From Candidatus Melainabacteria bacterium 17Bon1m (GTDB taxonomy: Bacteria; Cyanobacteriota; Vampirovibrionia; Obscuribacterales; Obscuribacteraceae), in the NCBI GenBank assembly GCA_032128875.1, contig JAVLKG010000001.1, positions 1 to 64,000 of the forward strand: a DNA stretch of 64,000 nt, read 5' to 3'. Below the pieces are notes generated by a model. It was not told the origin of the DNA. It worked only from the letters and a program-made list of their open reading frames with translations, and ran no database searches. Each line of letters starts with the position of its first letter. Position 1 is the first letter of the stretch. The translations under genes were made by a program, and so were the position numbers. Shown here piece after piece: positions 49,310 to 58,790 of this stretch.

Positions 49310-50767
49310 TTAGAATTGGAAATAGATGAATCTGGGCGAGCTGTCCGGTGTAAAGATTGTGAGCAAGCACATCAATGCCACCATGACAGTGACTTGCACT
49401 GCCCAGGGAGGGCTTTGGTAGAACTTCTTGTCGTTCAACCAGTTGATGACGAATGTCGAAACCATGAGTACCGGCAAGATAAGCACCAGAGCCGGGAAGA
49501 TGATCGGATCTCTGATTTGCAATATCGCCAATTGCGATGCACTGAAGTTGAGCAGTGCAGTCGGGGCTTCGAACAATTTGCTGAGGACTGCTCCGCAGAT
49601 CTTCATGTCGTCGGCGCGGAAGAAAACCCAGCCGATGCAAACGACGTGGAAAGTGAAGACCACTGACGCCCAGTGATAAACCTTCGATTTAAGAAGCTTT
49701 TCGTGGATGCCAATCTTTTGCATCACTGCTTCGTATTCACGGTGCAGGATGAGAACGATACCTTGATATGCGCCCCAGGCGAGGTAGTGGAAAGCGGCTC
49801 CGTGCCACAGTCCGCCCAGTGCCATGGTGATGATAAGGTTGCGATTGGTCAGCCATTTGCTTCCTCTAGAGCCGCCCAGCGGAATGAAGAGGTAATCGCG
49901 CAGCCAGGTTGAAAGGCTGATGTGCCAACGGCGCCAGAAGTCGGAAACGTTGGACGCAATATACGGCAAATTGAAGTTGATCGGTACTTTGTAGCCGAAG
50001 AGCAGGGACGAACCTCTGGCAATATCTGTATAGCCCGCAAAATCGAAGAAGATTTGGAAGGCGAACGCGTATGTGATCAACCACATATCTAAGGATGAGA
50101 ATTGTTCGGGGTGAGCAAATCCTGCTTGAACAACCAGCGCCAGGTTATCGGCGATAAGAACCTTTTTGGCTAAACCCATCAATATAAGCTGCATGCCTTC
50201 ATCGACATATTCCCATTTGAATTTGACGGGAATGTGCAACTGAGGCACGAAGTCTTGATAGCGCTTGATCGGTCCAGCAATCTGGGTTGGGAAGAATGAA
50301 GGGAACAGTGCAAAATCGAGGAAGTTTTTCACTACCGGCTTGCCACGGTAAACCTCGATTGCATAGTGAATGAATTCGAAAACGAAGAATGAAATACCGA
50401 GAGGAAGAATGATGTGCAGGTGGGGCTCTTTCCAATCAACGCCAACCACACCCAATGTTGCTTTGACCGCATCCATTGTGAAATAGGCATATTTGAAAAT
50501 CGCCAACACAATTAAGTTGAGTGCAACGGTGAAGCCGAGAATGACTTTCTTTCTCTTTTGCTCCGTCGCTTTCTCAATGAACGGAACGATAAGGAAGTTC
50601 GCCAACGTCAAGCCGAAAATCAGCAGACCATAGATTGGACGCCACGACATATAAAAGACGTAGCTAGCCACCAGTAGCAGTGGCACGCGGAATCTGTGGG
50701 GCGTCAACCAGAACAGAAGAAATACTGTTGGCAGAAACACCAGGTATTGCAGACTGTTGAATAGCAA
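49310..50767 (-). CDS. MBOAT O-acyltransferase (AlgI/PatA/DltB family)
   Basis: LPLGISFF, IAGPI.R, DFAGYTD, FWRRWHISLS.WLRDY, GLWHGA and FIYFQF; AAGGAG SD with TTG start. Confidence 0.93.
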   Translation of the reverse strand: MLFNSLQYLVFLPTVFLLFWLTPHRFRVPLLLVASYVFYMSWRPIYGLLIFGLTLANFLIVPFIEKATEQKRKKVILGFTVALNLIVLAIFKYAYFTMDAVKATLGVVGVDWKEPHLHIILPLGISFFVFEFIHYAIEVYRGKPVVKNFLDFALFPSFFPTQIAGPIKRYQDFVPQLHIPVKFKWEYVDEGMQLILMGLAKKVLIADNLALVVQAGFAHPEQFSSLDMWLITYAFAFQIFFDFAGYTDIARGSSLLFGYKVPINFNLPYIASNVSDFWRRWHISLSTWLRDYLFIPLGGSRGSKWLTNRNLIITMALGGLWHGAAFHYLAWGAYQGIVLILHREYEAVMQKIGIHEKLLKSKVYHWASVVFTFHVVCIGWVFFRADDMKICGAVLSKLFEAPTALLNFSASQLAILQIRDPIIFPALVLILPVLMVSTFVINWLNDKKFYQSPPWAVQVTVMVALMCLLTIFTPDSSPRFIYFQF

Positions 50768-51588
50768 GCTACTTCTCCTTAGTTCCCAGGAACCGTTCTG
50801 ATAACCAACACGACATCAATCGACATTACCGATTTGCTTTTGCGATTTGTTTTTTCAATTCGTATGAGCTTTTACCGGTTTGTTTACCGATTTGTTTTAT
50901 CGGTGTTAACTGCCAATGCGAAAGTCAGTTTTTCGAAATTGCTGAAGCTTTCTTCTCTGTTGTCGCTTTTGCAAATCCCAATATCGATGAGAGTTTTGCA
51001 AAGTTATCAATGGCACACGCCATTGTAAAAGCTGGATTTCAAGAATGTCTACCCGACACGTATTGTCTTAACCTAAAAAGGTTATAGGAACATGTGGAAA
51101 CTCTTGAATCCCAATCTTCCAAAGCCGCCGCTGGCGGGAAAAACGAGCGCCTGACATCGAGCTGTGATTTGAGTTGCCAGGAGGGTTGGTTGTAATGAGA
51201 CTGGTTGCAATGTGGTATGTCCGTCTCATAATGCATTTTTCGTGCTTCTTACAGTTAAAGGTACATACAAAAAAGATATATGTGCATGCAGAATTCACGA
51301 CCTATGCCTGTCATCACCCGTGATACCACTCCTTCAGAATCAATGCCTTAAGCAATTTGAATGTGGGCGAAAGCCTGCACAGTTGACGTTTTCACGTGAC
51401 GCAGTTTGCGATTCTCATGGGATGATACGATCAAATTTCACGCATCTGATGATGTAAGATTTTTCTAGATTTTTATTGCATCATCCGAATTCATGAACAG
51501 GCGCCCGTGGCACTTCTGGGCCCTTTTAGTTTTCGTCGAAAATTGCGAAAAATGATTTTCTTGAATATTTGGGCGTTTCGAGACGCGG

Positions 51589-51720
51589 GAAATGAAATAC
51601 TTTTCTAGAAAAATATTTCATTTCTCAAAAGCGAAATTGAATTGTGCAATACCGGAAATTGAATTGTGCAATACCGGAAATTGAATTTTGCAATGCCGAG
51701 AAATGAATTGCGCAACGTCG
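51589..51720. repeat. 36-bp near-perfect palindrome plus four tandem 22-bp repeats
   Basis: Palindrome at 51589-51624; GAAATTGAATTGTGCAATACCG at 51633 and 51655, a variant at 51677 and a degenerate copy at 51700. Confidence 0.85.
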
Positions 51721-51773
51721 CAATTTTGAGGACGTTTTGAATGTTCTATTCAGAACGCGTCTCTAAAGCGCTA

Positions 51774-52490
51774 TTACTCGCCCTGTCCTTTTGCGAAGCC
51801 ATCCGGAATCAATTGATAGCCACCGCCGTAAACGGTTTTGATGTACTTGCGCTCAGGCGTTTCTAAGCGCGTTCTAAGGTGGCGGATATGCACACGGATA
51901 GTGTCGACGTCATCGTCGGGAGCATAGCCCCAGACTTCCTCCAACAGTTTGCCGGTGGAGACTGTCTGACCGTGATGCTGCATGAGGCAGTGAAGAATTT
52001 CGAATTCGGTAGGCGTCAGTTTGACCATCCGCTCTTTCACCTTCGCTTGAAGGTTTTCCGGAATGAGAGTGATCTCACCTGCGTGCAGGATTTCCGGCAA
52101 GGTTGCTGACTGTGGCACGCCGCCCGAACGTCTTAGAAGGGCTCTGATGCGCACCTGCAGTTCCGGAATCTCAAATGGCTTGACCAGATAGTCGTCGGCG
52201 CCGGAATCGAAACCAGAGACTTTGTCCTTGGTCATTCCGAGAGCGGTCAGCATAAGAATTGGAATTGGATGGGTTTGAGGATTTTGACGCAGGCGCTGGC
52301 AGACAGTGAAGCCGTCCAAGTCAGGCATCATGACGTCAAGAACGACGAGATCGGGACGATTCTGTTGCGCCAGCGCCAGTCCTTTGTGACCGTCGCTTGC
52401 GGTGGTTACTTGATGTCCCAATAGTTCTAGGTTGATTTTGACGAGTTCGGCGATTGCTGCGTCGTCGTCAATAACGAGTATTCTTGACAA
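51774..52490 (-). CDS. rpaA: RpaA-like OmpR-family response regulator
   Basis: [44 protein letters not shown] and YIKTVYG match cyanobacterial RpaA as I recall it. Confidence 0.8.
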   Translation of the reverse strand: MSRILVIDDDAAIAELVKINLELLGHQVTTASDGHKGLALAQQNRPDLVVLDVMMPDLDGFTVCQRLRQNPQTHPIPILMLTALGMTKDKVSGFDSGADDYLVKPFEIPELQVRIRALLRRSGGVPQSATLPEILHAGEITLIPENLQAKVKERMVKLTPTEFEILHCLMQHHGQTVSTGKLLEEVWGYAPDDDVDTIRVHIRHLRTRLETPERKYIKTVYGGGYQLIPDGFAKGQGE

Positions 52491-52518
52491 CTTGTTCTCC
52501 TCAAGAGGTCTTAGTAGA

Positions 52519-53637
52519 TCAGGCTTGACCTACGACCGACAATTTTACTGGAATTTTCATCGGCCGCCCGCCCCGCAAAATCTGTAATGTCACTTCCTGC
52601 CCAGGCTTTTTCGTCTCGATTGCGGTCCACAATTCGTCAACAGAGCGAACTACGCGGTTATCTATGGCTTGGATGACGTCGGCAAGATTTACATCAAGAG
52701 CACGGAAAGTAAATGGACCTTGTTGGTAGACCACCACTTTAGGACCTGACAAACCCGCCTGAGCGGCCGGTCCCTTTGGATCTAGTTTGATAATTCGCAA
52801 GCCGCTATCGACTGGAGCGACGACAAGAATGCCAAGGTCTGGACGAATGATGCGGTGATTAGCAATGAGCTCCGGCACAATACGCTTCGCCACATTCACC
52901 GGAATGGCAAGTCCAATCCCTGCAGACTGTCCGGTCCGCGACAGAATTGCCGTGTTGATGCCTATCAATTTGCCACTTGTATCGAGCAGCGGACCACCCG
53001 AGTTGCCAGGGTTGATGGCTGCATCTGTCTGAATAATTCCTTTGATCAAGCGCCCGCTTTCCGTGCGCATCGTTCTTCCCAAGCTGGAAATAATTCCCTG
53101 CGTGAGAGTTCTTTCCAAACCAAAAGGGTTTCCAATTGCAAATACTCGACGGCCAACCTCCAAAGTTGAGGAATCGCCATAAGGAATTGGAGACAGAGTT
53201 TTTCCAGTTGGTACGGTCACTTTGAGAACAGCCAGATCGCTGTCTGGATCAACGCCCACGACGGTCGCAGGAAGCACCGTGCTGTCCCATAGAGTAGCTC
53301 GGATGTTTTTGAACCCTTCGACAACGTGGTTGTTGGTGACTATAAAACCGTCTTCGCTGACGATAATTCCAGAACCGGCGCCTTCTTTCGGCGCGAAGTT
53401 GTAGTAGATGTCTTCCGAAGATGCCGATGATGCGATGTTTACAACGCCCTTGTTGCAGTTTTTGTAGACGCGGATATTCACTAGCTCGTCAGGCGTCAAG
53501 TTTGCGTGAGCAGGTGCCGGCTTCTTAAGATCCGCTACACCAGCCGCATTTGCGACTTGTGTCTGGACCTGCGTTGCCGCCAACGCAATAAGCGATGTAC
53601 CAATCGCCGCCATCCATTTTTTCGACACTTCAATCAT
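52519..53637 (-). CDS. htrA: HtrA/DegS family serine protease with one PDZ domain
   Basis: TNNHVV, DLAVLK and [16 protein letters not shown]. Confidence 0.92.
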   Translation of the reverse strand: MIEVSKKWMAAIGTSLIALAATQVQTQVANAAGVADLKKPAPAHANLTPDELVNIRVYKNCNKGVVNIASSASSEDIYYNFAPKEGAGSGIIVSEDGFIVTNNHVVEGFKNIRATLWDSTVLPATVVGVDPDSDLAVLKVTVPTGKTLSPIPYGDSSTLEVGRRVFAIGNPFGLERTLTQGIISSLGRTMRTESGRLIKGIIQTDAAINPGNSGGPLLDTSGKLIGINTAILSRTGQSAGIGLAIPVNVAKRIVPELIANHRIIRPDLGILVVAPVDSGLRIIKLDPKGPAAQAGLSGPKVVVYQQGPFTFRALDVNLADVIQAIDNRVVRSVDELWTAIETKKPGQEVTLQILRGGRPMKIPVKLSVVGQA

Positions 53638-53771
53638 GTTGTGTATTTGTCCTTGAGCTCTTTATTTTGAAGACTCGGGTTTTGAATCTGACTAAATCTG
53701 AAGACTCTTTGCTCTTACTTTTGATCCGGATTTTGGGTTAGGTTTTTCTGATGTTCCGCCGATTAAACGAA

Positions 53772-54461
53772 TTATGCAGCCGAGCCGGTTTCGGTTCCCT
53801 TGCCTTCTGGCGTGGCGTCATTGCCTGCGGGCGGATCTTTCGGTTTTTGTCCGATTTTTGGTTCGGTGCCTTCCATCAAGCGTTTGACATTGGCTTTATG
53901 TCTCCAGGTCACGTAGACAAGCGCTATGAAGCCGTAGGCGATGTGCGCCGCCGGATCATGAAAGAGCCAGAAATAAACAGGCAACATCCAGACCGCACCG
54001 ATTGAGGCAACGGAGACGATTTTCGTTATCCCTAAAATCGAAAGCCATGTTGCAAACAATACTCCGCCTACAAGTGGATTGAGAGCAATTACTGTTCCCA
54101 AGCCAGTCGCAGCGCTCTTACCGCCCTGAAAGCCCAGAAAAATAGATTTGCTGTGACCAACTAAAGCGGCAACAGCACACAGCGGAGCGCACGTATGGGT
54201 GAGTCCCAAAATGCTCCAGTCGGCTCTGCCGCCGTCAAAATAAACTGCTGCTGCAACAGGCGCATAGCCTTTGAAAATGTCGAAGAGAAAAACGAAAAGA
54301 GCAGGTCCTTTGCCGACGCAGCGCAACACATTGGTTGCGCCCGTTGATTTACTGCCGTGTTCGCGAATGTCGATGCCTTTGACCGCTTTCGCCACCCAAT
54401 AACCGGTAGGAATTGAGCCGGCTACAAAGGCAATCACAATCATCAGAATGAAGGTCGCCAA
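53772..54461 (-). CDS. plsY: Acyl-phosphate glycerol-3-phosphate acyltransferase
   Basis: [30 protein letters not shown] and RHKANV.RL.G.E. Confidence 0.95.
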   Translation of the reverse strand: MATFILMIVIAFVAGSIPTGYWVAKAVKGIDIREHGSKSTGATNVLRCVGKGPALFVFLFDIFKGYAPVAAAVYFDGGRADWSILGLTHTCAPLCAVAALVGHSKSIFLGFQGGKSAATGLGTVIALNPLVGGVLFATWLSILGITKIVSVASIGAVWMLPVYFWLFHDPAAHIAYGFIALVYVTWRHKANVKRLMEGTEPKIGQKPKDPPAGNDATPEGKGTETGSAA

Positions 54462-54466
54462 GGCGT

Positions 54467-55891
54467 TTATTTCTCCTTCTTATCTCTGGTGGCGATGCGG
54501 ATTGGTGTGCCGACAAACCCAAAGGCTTCACGCAATTTTCGCTCTAGGTACACTTTATAACTGTTGGTCAAAAGTTTGCTGTCATTGACGAACAGAATGA
54601 AGGTTGGCGGTCCGACCGATACTTGTGTTCCGTAATAGACTTTCAAGCGTTTTCCGCGCTTTCCGGAAGGCGGCGGAACAAGCGCTACAGCTTCGGCGAT
54701 GACTTGATTGAGAAGTCCCGTCGAGATGCGACGTTGCGTCTCTGCGAAAGCGGCTTCGGCTACATCGAGGATTTTCGTCAAGCGCTGTTTTGTTTCTGCG
54801 CTTGTGAAAACGACAGGAGCAAAGGCAAGCATTCGCAAGTCCGTTTTCACCATTTCGGTGAACTCGTTCATGAGCTTCGATGTTTTGTTTTCGATGAGGT
54901 CCCACTTGTTGACGACGACAACGCATGCGCGCCCGGCTTCGTCAATTTTTGCGCCAATTTTTTGATCTTGATCGGAGATATCTTGCGTTGCGTCCATGAC
55001 GAATACAACGACCTCCGAGCGAGAAATCGCCCGCAGCGATCTAACGACAGAGAAGGCTTCGATGCCGTAGTCGACCTTCGATTTGCGCCTGATGCCGGCG
55101 GTGTCGACGAGAGTTAATTCGCGACCCTTGTATATTATGGTCGAGTCGATGGCATCACGGGTGGTGCCAGGGATATTGGTGACGATAGAGCGCTTTTCGC
55201 CAATCATCGCGTTTATGATGGATGATTTGCCGACGTTTGGTTTTCCGACAATGGCGATTGCGATCTTGCTTTGGATTTCTGCAAGTCTTGCTTCTTCCTC
55301 TTTCGCTTGTATCTCCGCGGTTTCTGCGTCAGCAAGGCGTTCGGTTTTTGATTTTTTGACCTTGCCGTTTTTCTTAGGAGACTCGTGCTCTGGATTGATC
55401 AAGCTGACGATTTTGTCTAGAACATCGCCGACGTCTCCTGAGCCACGCATCGCGGAAACCGGCATGGGATCTCCCAACCCGAGCTGATAGAACTCAAGGA
55501 CGTTAGGTTCGTCTTTGGGATCGTCGATTTTGTTGACGGCGACAATGATAGGCTTTTTCGACCGTCTCAAAAGGTTTGCCACATCTTCGTCGGCGCCGTT
55601 CAGTCCGGCTTTGCCGTCCACCATGAAGATGATCAAGTCGGCTTCGCTGACAGCCAAGCGCGCTTGATCGTACACCTGCGTTGTGATTTCGTCGGTTGAT
55701 TCAGTGAGAATCCCGCCCGTGTCTACAAGGACGAATTCCTGTCCGCACCATTCGGTTTCTCTGTAGATCCGATCGCGCGTCACACCCGGCTGGTCGTCGA
55801 CAATGGCGTGCTTGGCGCCAACGCAGCGGTTGAAAAATGTTGATTTACCGACGTTTGGCCGCCCCACAATGGCGACCACATGCTTGGTCAT
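54467..55891 (-). CDS. der: Ribosome biogenesis GTPase Der (EngA)
   Basis: Two G domains (GRPNVGKS, GKPNVGKS), DTGG/DTAG and a KH-like tail. Confidence 0.97.
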   Translation of the reverse strand: MTKHVVAIVGRPNVGKSTFFNRCVGAKHAIVDDQPGVTRDRIYRETEWCGQEFVLVDTGGILTESTDEITTQVYDQARLAVSEADLIIFMVDGKAGLNGADEDVANLLRRSKKPIIVAVNKIDDPKDEPNVLEFYQLGLGDPMPVSAMRGSGDVGDVLDKIVSLINPEHESPKKNGKVKKSKTERLADAETAEIQAKEEEARLAEIQSKIAIAIVGKPNVGKSSIINAMIGEKRSIVTNIPGTTRDAIDSTIIYKGRELTLVDTAGIRRKSKVDYGIEAFSVVRSLRAISRSEVVVFVMDATQDISDQDQKIGAKIDEAGRACVVVVNKWDLIENKTSKLMNEFTEMVKTDLRMLAFAPVVFTSAETKQRLTKILDVAEAAFAETQRRISTGLLNQVIAEAVALVPPPSGKRGKRLKVYYGTQVSVGPPTFILFVNDSKLLTNSYKVYLERKLREAFGFVGTPIRIATRDKKEK

Positions 55892-55948
55892 TGATTCCTC
55901 TTCGCGTCATGTGCTCGGCAAATTTGGCTGAATTTGAGAATAGAAAGC

Positions 55949-58237
55949 CTATTTCTCTGTCGGACCCTTGCCTGGGGGCTTGCCGCCGGGACCGCTCTTG
56001 GGACCACCGGGACCCCATTTCTTGCCGAGCTTTGGCGCTTGATCATACAGCCATCTAAGGATAGTGTCCTTGGCAGTATTTAGGTAAATAGCCGATTCGG
56101 TATCTCCACCTTGATCAGGGTGCACACCGGGACTGGTTATTTGCTTCTTCCAGGCATCCGTAACAGATTCTATGGTCATCTCTTCCGGGCGAACGCCAAG
56201 CAGCATGCAAGCTTTGCGGATTTCCGGCGGGACCTGACGGACGAAACCTTGCGTGGGCGCGGATTGCGCGGCACTGGGGCCGGGAGGCGGAGGGCTGCTG
56301 CCCTGCGGAGCGCCCGTTTGACCGACTGATGCCGTAGGAGCTTCTGCCGGCGCCTGTCCTGTTTCCCCTGGTTTGGGTCTGGCTTTTCCGCCGATAAATT
56401 TGCTGCCCAGACCTTTCGGCTCAGACTTGTCCGCGGCAGCCGCCGGAGCGCCAGTACTCATCTGATGGGCTTCTCGGGGTTCTGATGACATTTCTTTGGC
56501 CTGACGGATCCTGTTTTTGATCAAATCTCGCAATTCGTCATCTGACGGGGCATTGCCCTCTGGCGACAACTGTACGTCCTGAATGATTTCTATGTCTTCC
56601 AGGTTGCTATAGTCGTCAAGACCTTCGAAGATATCCATCGAGTCGAGGTCGAAACCGCTGCCCTGCTGACCGCCGTCAGCGTATTCAGGTTCTTGAACTG
56701 CCCCGTAGTTGTCTTGAACATCTTGTCCGAAGGCGTTCTGCGCAGGTTGACCGTAAGCGTCATGTCCGCCCTGTCCGTAGGAGTCTTGGGCTCCCTGTCC
56801 GTATGAGTCTTGGGCTCCCTGTCCGTAGGAGTCTTGGGCTCCCTGCCCGTAGGAGTCCTGGGCTCCCTGCCCGTATGAGTCCTGGGCACCCTGCCCGTAG
56901 GAATCCTGCGCTCCCTGTGCATAAGCATCGCTGGAGCCTGGGTTGTAGGAATTCTGCATTCCTTGCCCATATTCGTCTTGGACGCCTTGCCCGTAGGCTG
57001 TTCCGGCTCCTTGACCAAATGCGTCCGGCTCCTGGGTGGACTCATCGTGAGTTTCTATATATTGTTCGCCGCTGGGCTGATATTGCTGGCCGGGATCTTC
57101 AAACTTCGCCCAGTTGTCGCCTGTCAGCGTCTCGGATGGCAAGGTTTGAATCTCGTCGATGTGACGCTCATCGATATCCCCATTGGTTTCTATGGGCACG
57201 CGCACTCTTTCTTTCTTGGGCGCCGGGGGCGGAGGAGGCGACGGGGGTTGGCTTTGCTGGATTTGTTTTGAAAAATCCTTCAAAGACTTAGCTCTGAAGT
57301 GATAGACCGTCTCAAGGTCTTTCCATGAAAGCTCGAGCATCGGATTGAATTCGCTTGCGACAAAAGGTCCGGACCGTGCAGCGTTAAACACCTTTTGCGA
57401 ATAGCTGTCTCCGAAAGACGCGCTCTGGTCTTCGACTGCGCTCAAAAAGACAGCCGTCGGTATTCCAGATTCGAGCCCCTGAGCAGGTGCGTTTGCTTCG
57501 GCCTCTGCTTCGCTCAGACTTTCCATGACTTCTGCCGGCTCATGCTCAGCGGCAATATCCTTCTTTTCTTGCCTCTCTGCTGCCAGCAATTCGGCTTCGC
57601 CAATGACGTCGGGTGTATCCCAGCCCTCGTCTTCGCGAGTAACTTTTGCGGCTGTCGGCGGCTCTGGTGCTCCGCCCACGAGCTCAGGCACATAACCAGT
57701 GTTGGACAGCTGGATGACGTTCGCCTCGCCTGTGACTGTGCCAGACACCTTCTTCTTCGCCTTGCGCTCCATTTCCAGGTCGATGTCGCCATCTCCCGCA
57801 AGCGCTCTGGCTGCTTCTTGAGCTGCGATTTCTTGCGCTTTCTGTTTTTTGCCCTCGATGACACCCAGCTTGTGCCCCAGGTCGTACTGGGTCTGCTGTT
57901 GCATGGTCAAAACTTCATTCTGAATTTGCAGCTGCCGAATGCGGCTTTCCAGATTTTTAACTTCCGCCTGATACTCCGAGATGACATCGGTATTGACCAC
58001 GAGCGGGCTGCCGCGCTCCTTGATGATCAGATCCATGTATTCAGTGACGCTGTAAACAGCACGAGCGCTAACTTTCGCCTCGTCTGCGACCGTGAAAGGA
58101 TTGACATCCAAACCCTTGTCTTTGACTGCCTTGAGTGCAGCCAGTAAGGTTTCTTTGTCGACTTCTGGTTTGCTGCTCGTTTCGTTCACCATCTGTTGCC
58201 GGTTTTCCCATCCGCCATTTTGGGCTGCTACAAACAT
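55949..58237 (-). CDS. Large disordered protein with SYGQGAQD repeats and C-terminal J domain
   Basis: Coiled-coil N-terminus, acidic linker, repeats, then ACMLLGV..HPDQGG..LNTAKD. Confidence 0.8.
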   Translation of the reverse strand: MFVAAQNGGWENRQQMVNETSSKPEVDKETLLAALKAVKDKGLDVNPFTVADEAKVSARAVYSVTEYMDLIIKERGSPLVVNTDVISEYQAEVKNLESRIRQLQIQNEVLTMQQQTQYDLGHKLGVIEGKKQKAQEIAAQEAARALAGDGDIDLEMERKAKKKVSGTVTGEANVIQLSNTGYVPELVGGAPEPPTAAKVTREDEGWDTPDVIGEAELLAAERQEKKDIAAEHEPAEVMESLSEAEAEANAPAQGLESGIPTAVFLSAVEDQSASFGDSYSQKVFNAARSGPFVASEFNPMLELSWKDLETVYHFRAKSLKDFSKQIQQSQPPSPPPPPAPKKERVRVPIETNGDIDERHIDEIQTLPSETLTGDNWAKFEDPGQQYQPSGEQYIETHDESTQEPDAFGQGAGTAYGQGVQDEYGQGMQNSYNPGSSDAYAQGAQDSYGQGAQDSYGQGAQDSYGQGAQDSYGQGAQDSYGQGAQDSYGQGGHDAYGQPAQNAFGQDVQDNYGAVQEPEYADGGQQGSGFDLDSMDIFEGLDDYSNLEDIEIIQDVQLSPEGNAPSDDELRDLIKNRIRQAKEMSSEPREAHQMSTGAPAAAADKSEPKGLGSKFIGGKARPKPGETGQAPAEAPTASVGQTGAPQGSSPPPPGPSAAQSAPTQGFVRQVPPEIRKACMLLGVRPEEMTIESVTDAWKKQITSPGVHPDQGGDTESAIYLNTAKDTILRWLYDQAPKLGKKWGPGGPKSGPGGKPPGKGPTEK
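56769..56936 (-). repeat. 24-bp coding tandem repeat (QDSYGQGA)
   Basis: Six near-identical 24-nt units from 56769 plus degenerate flanking units. Confidence 0.9.
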
Positions 58238-58434
58238 CCATAAGCCCTAAAGCTTAGATACCCCATTTCAAGGGATTTTCAAAAGGTTGCGGAGGCCTTT
58301 CTCAATATCTTAACTGCTTTTACTCACTGGTGAAAATTATTATTCTTGTGCGAGTCTATTGAACAGATTTCCACTTGAGAAGGCGGACGAAACTCCCTCG
58401 GAAGTTTGAACCGAGGCAGAGGAGAAAGAAGCGG

Positions 58435-58725
58435 ATGCAGGTTTTGGCCAAGCTCAAAATTCATGGACGAGTTCAGGGCGTGTTCTTTCGTCAGTCTACG
58501 CGCGAGAAAGCCCGTGAACTGGGACTTTCAGGCTGGGTTAGAAACATGCCCGATGGAACCGTTGAGGCCCTGGCTACGGGGCCGGAGAATGTTGTAAACG
58601 AACTTATCGCCTGGTGCCAGCACGGACCAGCTTATGCACGAGTCGATAGAGTCGACGTCGCAGTTTCGACGCTTGAAGACGCACATTGCGAGCCGGTTCC
58701 GGTCGGGCAGTTTGAAATCACCTGA
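58435..58725 (+). CDS. acyP: Acylphosphatase
   Basis: GRVQGVFFR, GWVRNMPDGTVE and HGP.ARV; start re-assigned to the ATG at 58435. Confidence 0.93.
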   Translation: MQVLAKLKIHGRVQGVFFRQSTREKARELGLSGWVRNMPDGTVEALATGPENVVNELIAWCQHGPAYARVDRVDVAVSTLEDAHCEPVPVGQFEIT

Positions 58726-58790
58726 GTGTCTAAGCGTGCACGAACTTTGCTGCACGTCTAGACTTTTGCCGACGAATAACAAAATCCGTT

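Noticed and set aside
51039-51457. Short ORFs in the large intergenic region
   Set aside because: No recognisable motifs or SD; overlapping ORFs in several frames look spurious.
51633-51720. CRISPR array
   Set aside because: The repeats are contiguous with no spacers, and there are no cas genes in the window.
50768-51773. Chromosomal oriC
   Set aside because: I saw only one imperfect DnaA-box-like 9-mer (near 51093), and no dnaA/dnaN is adjacent.
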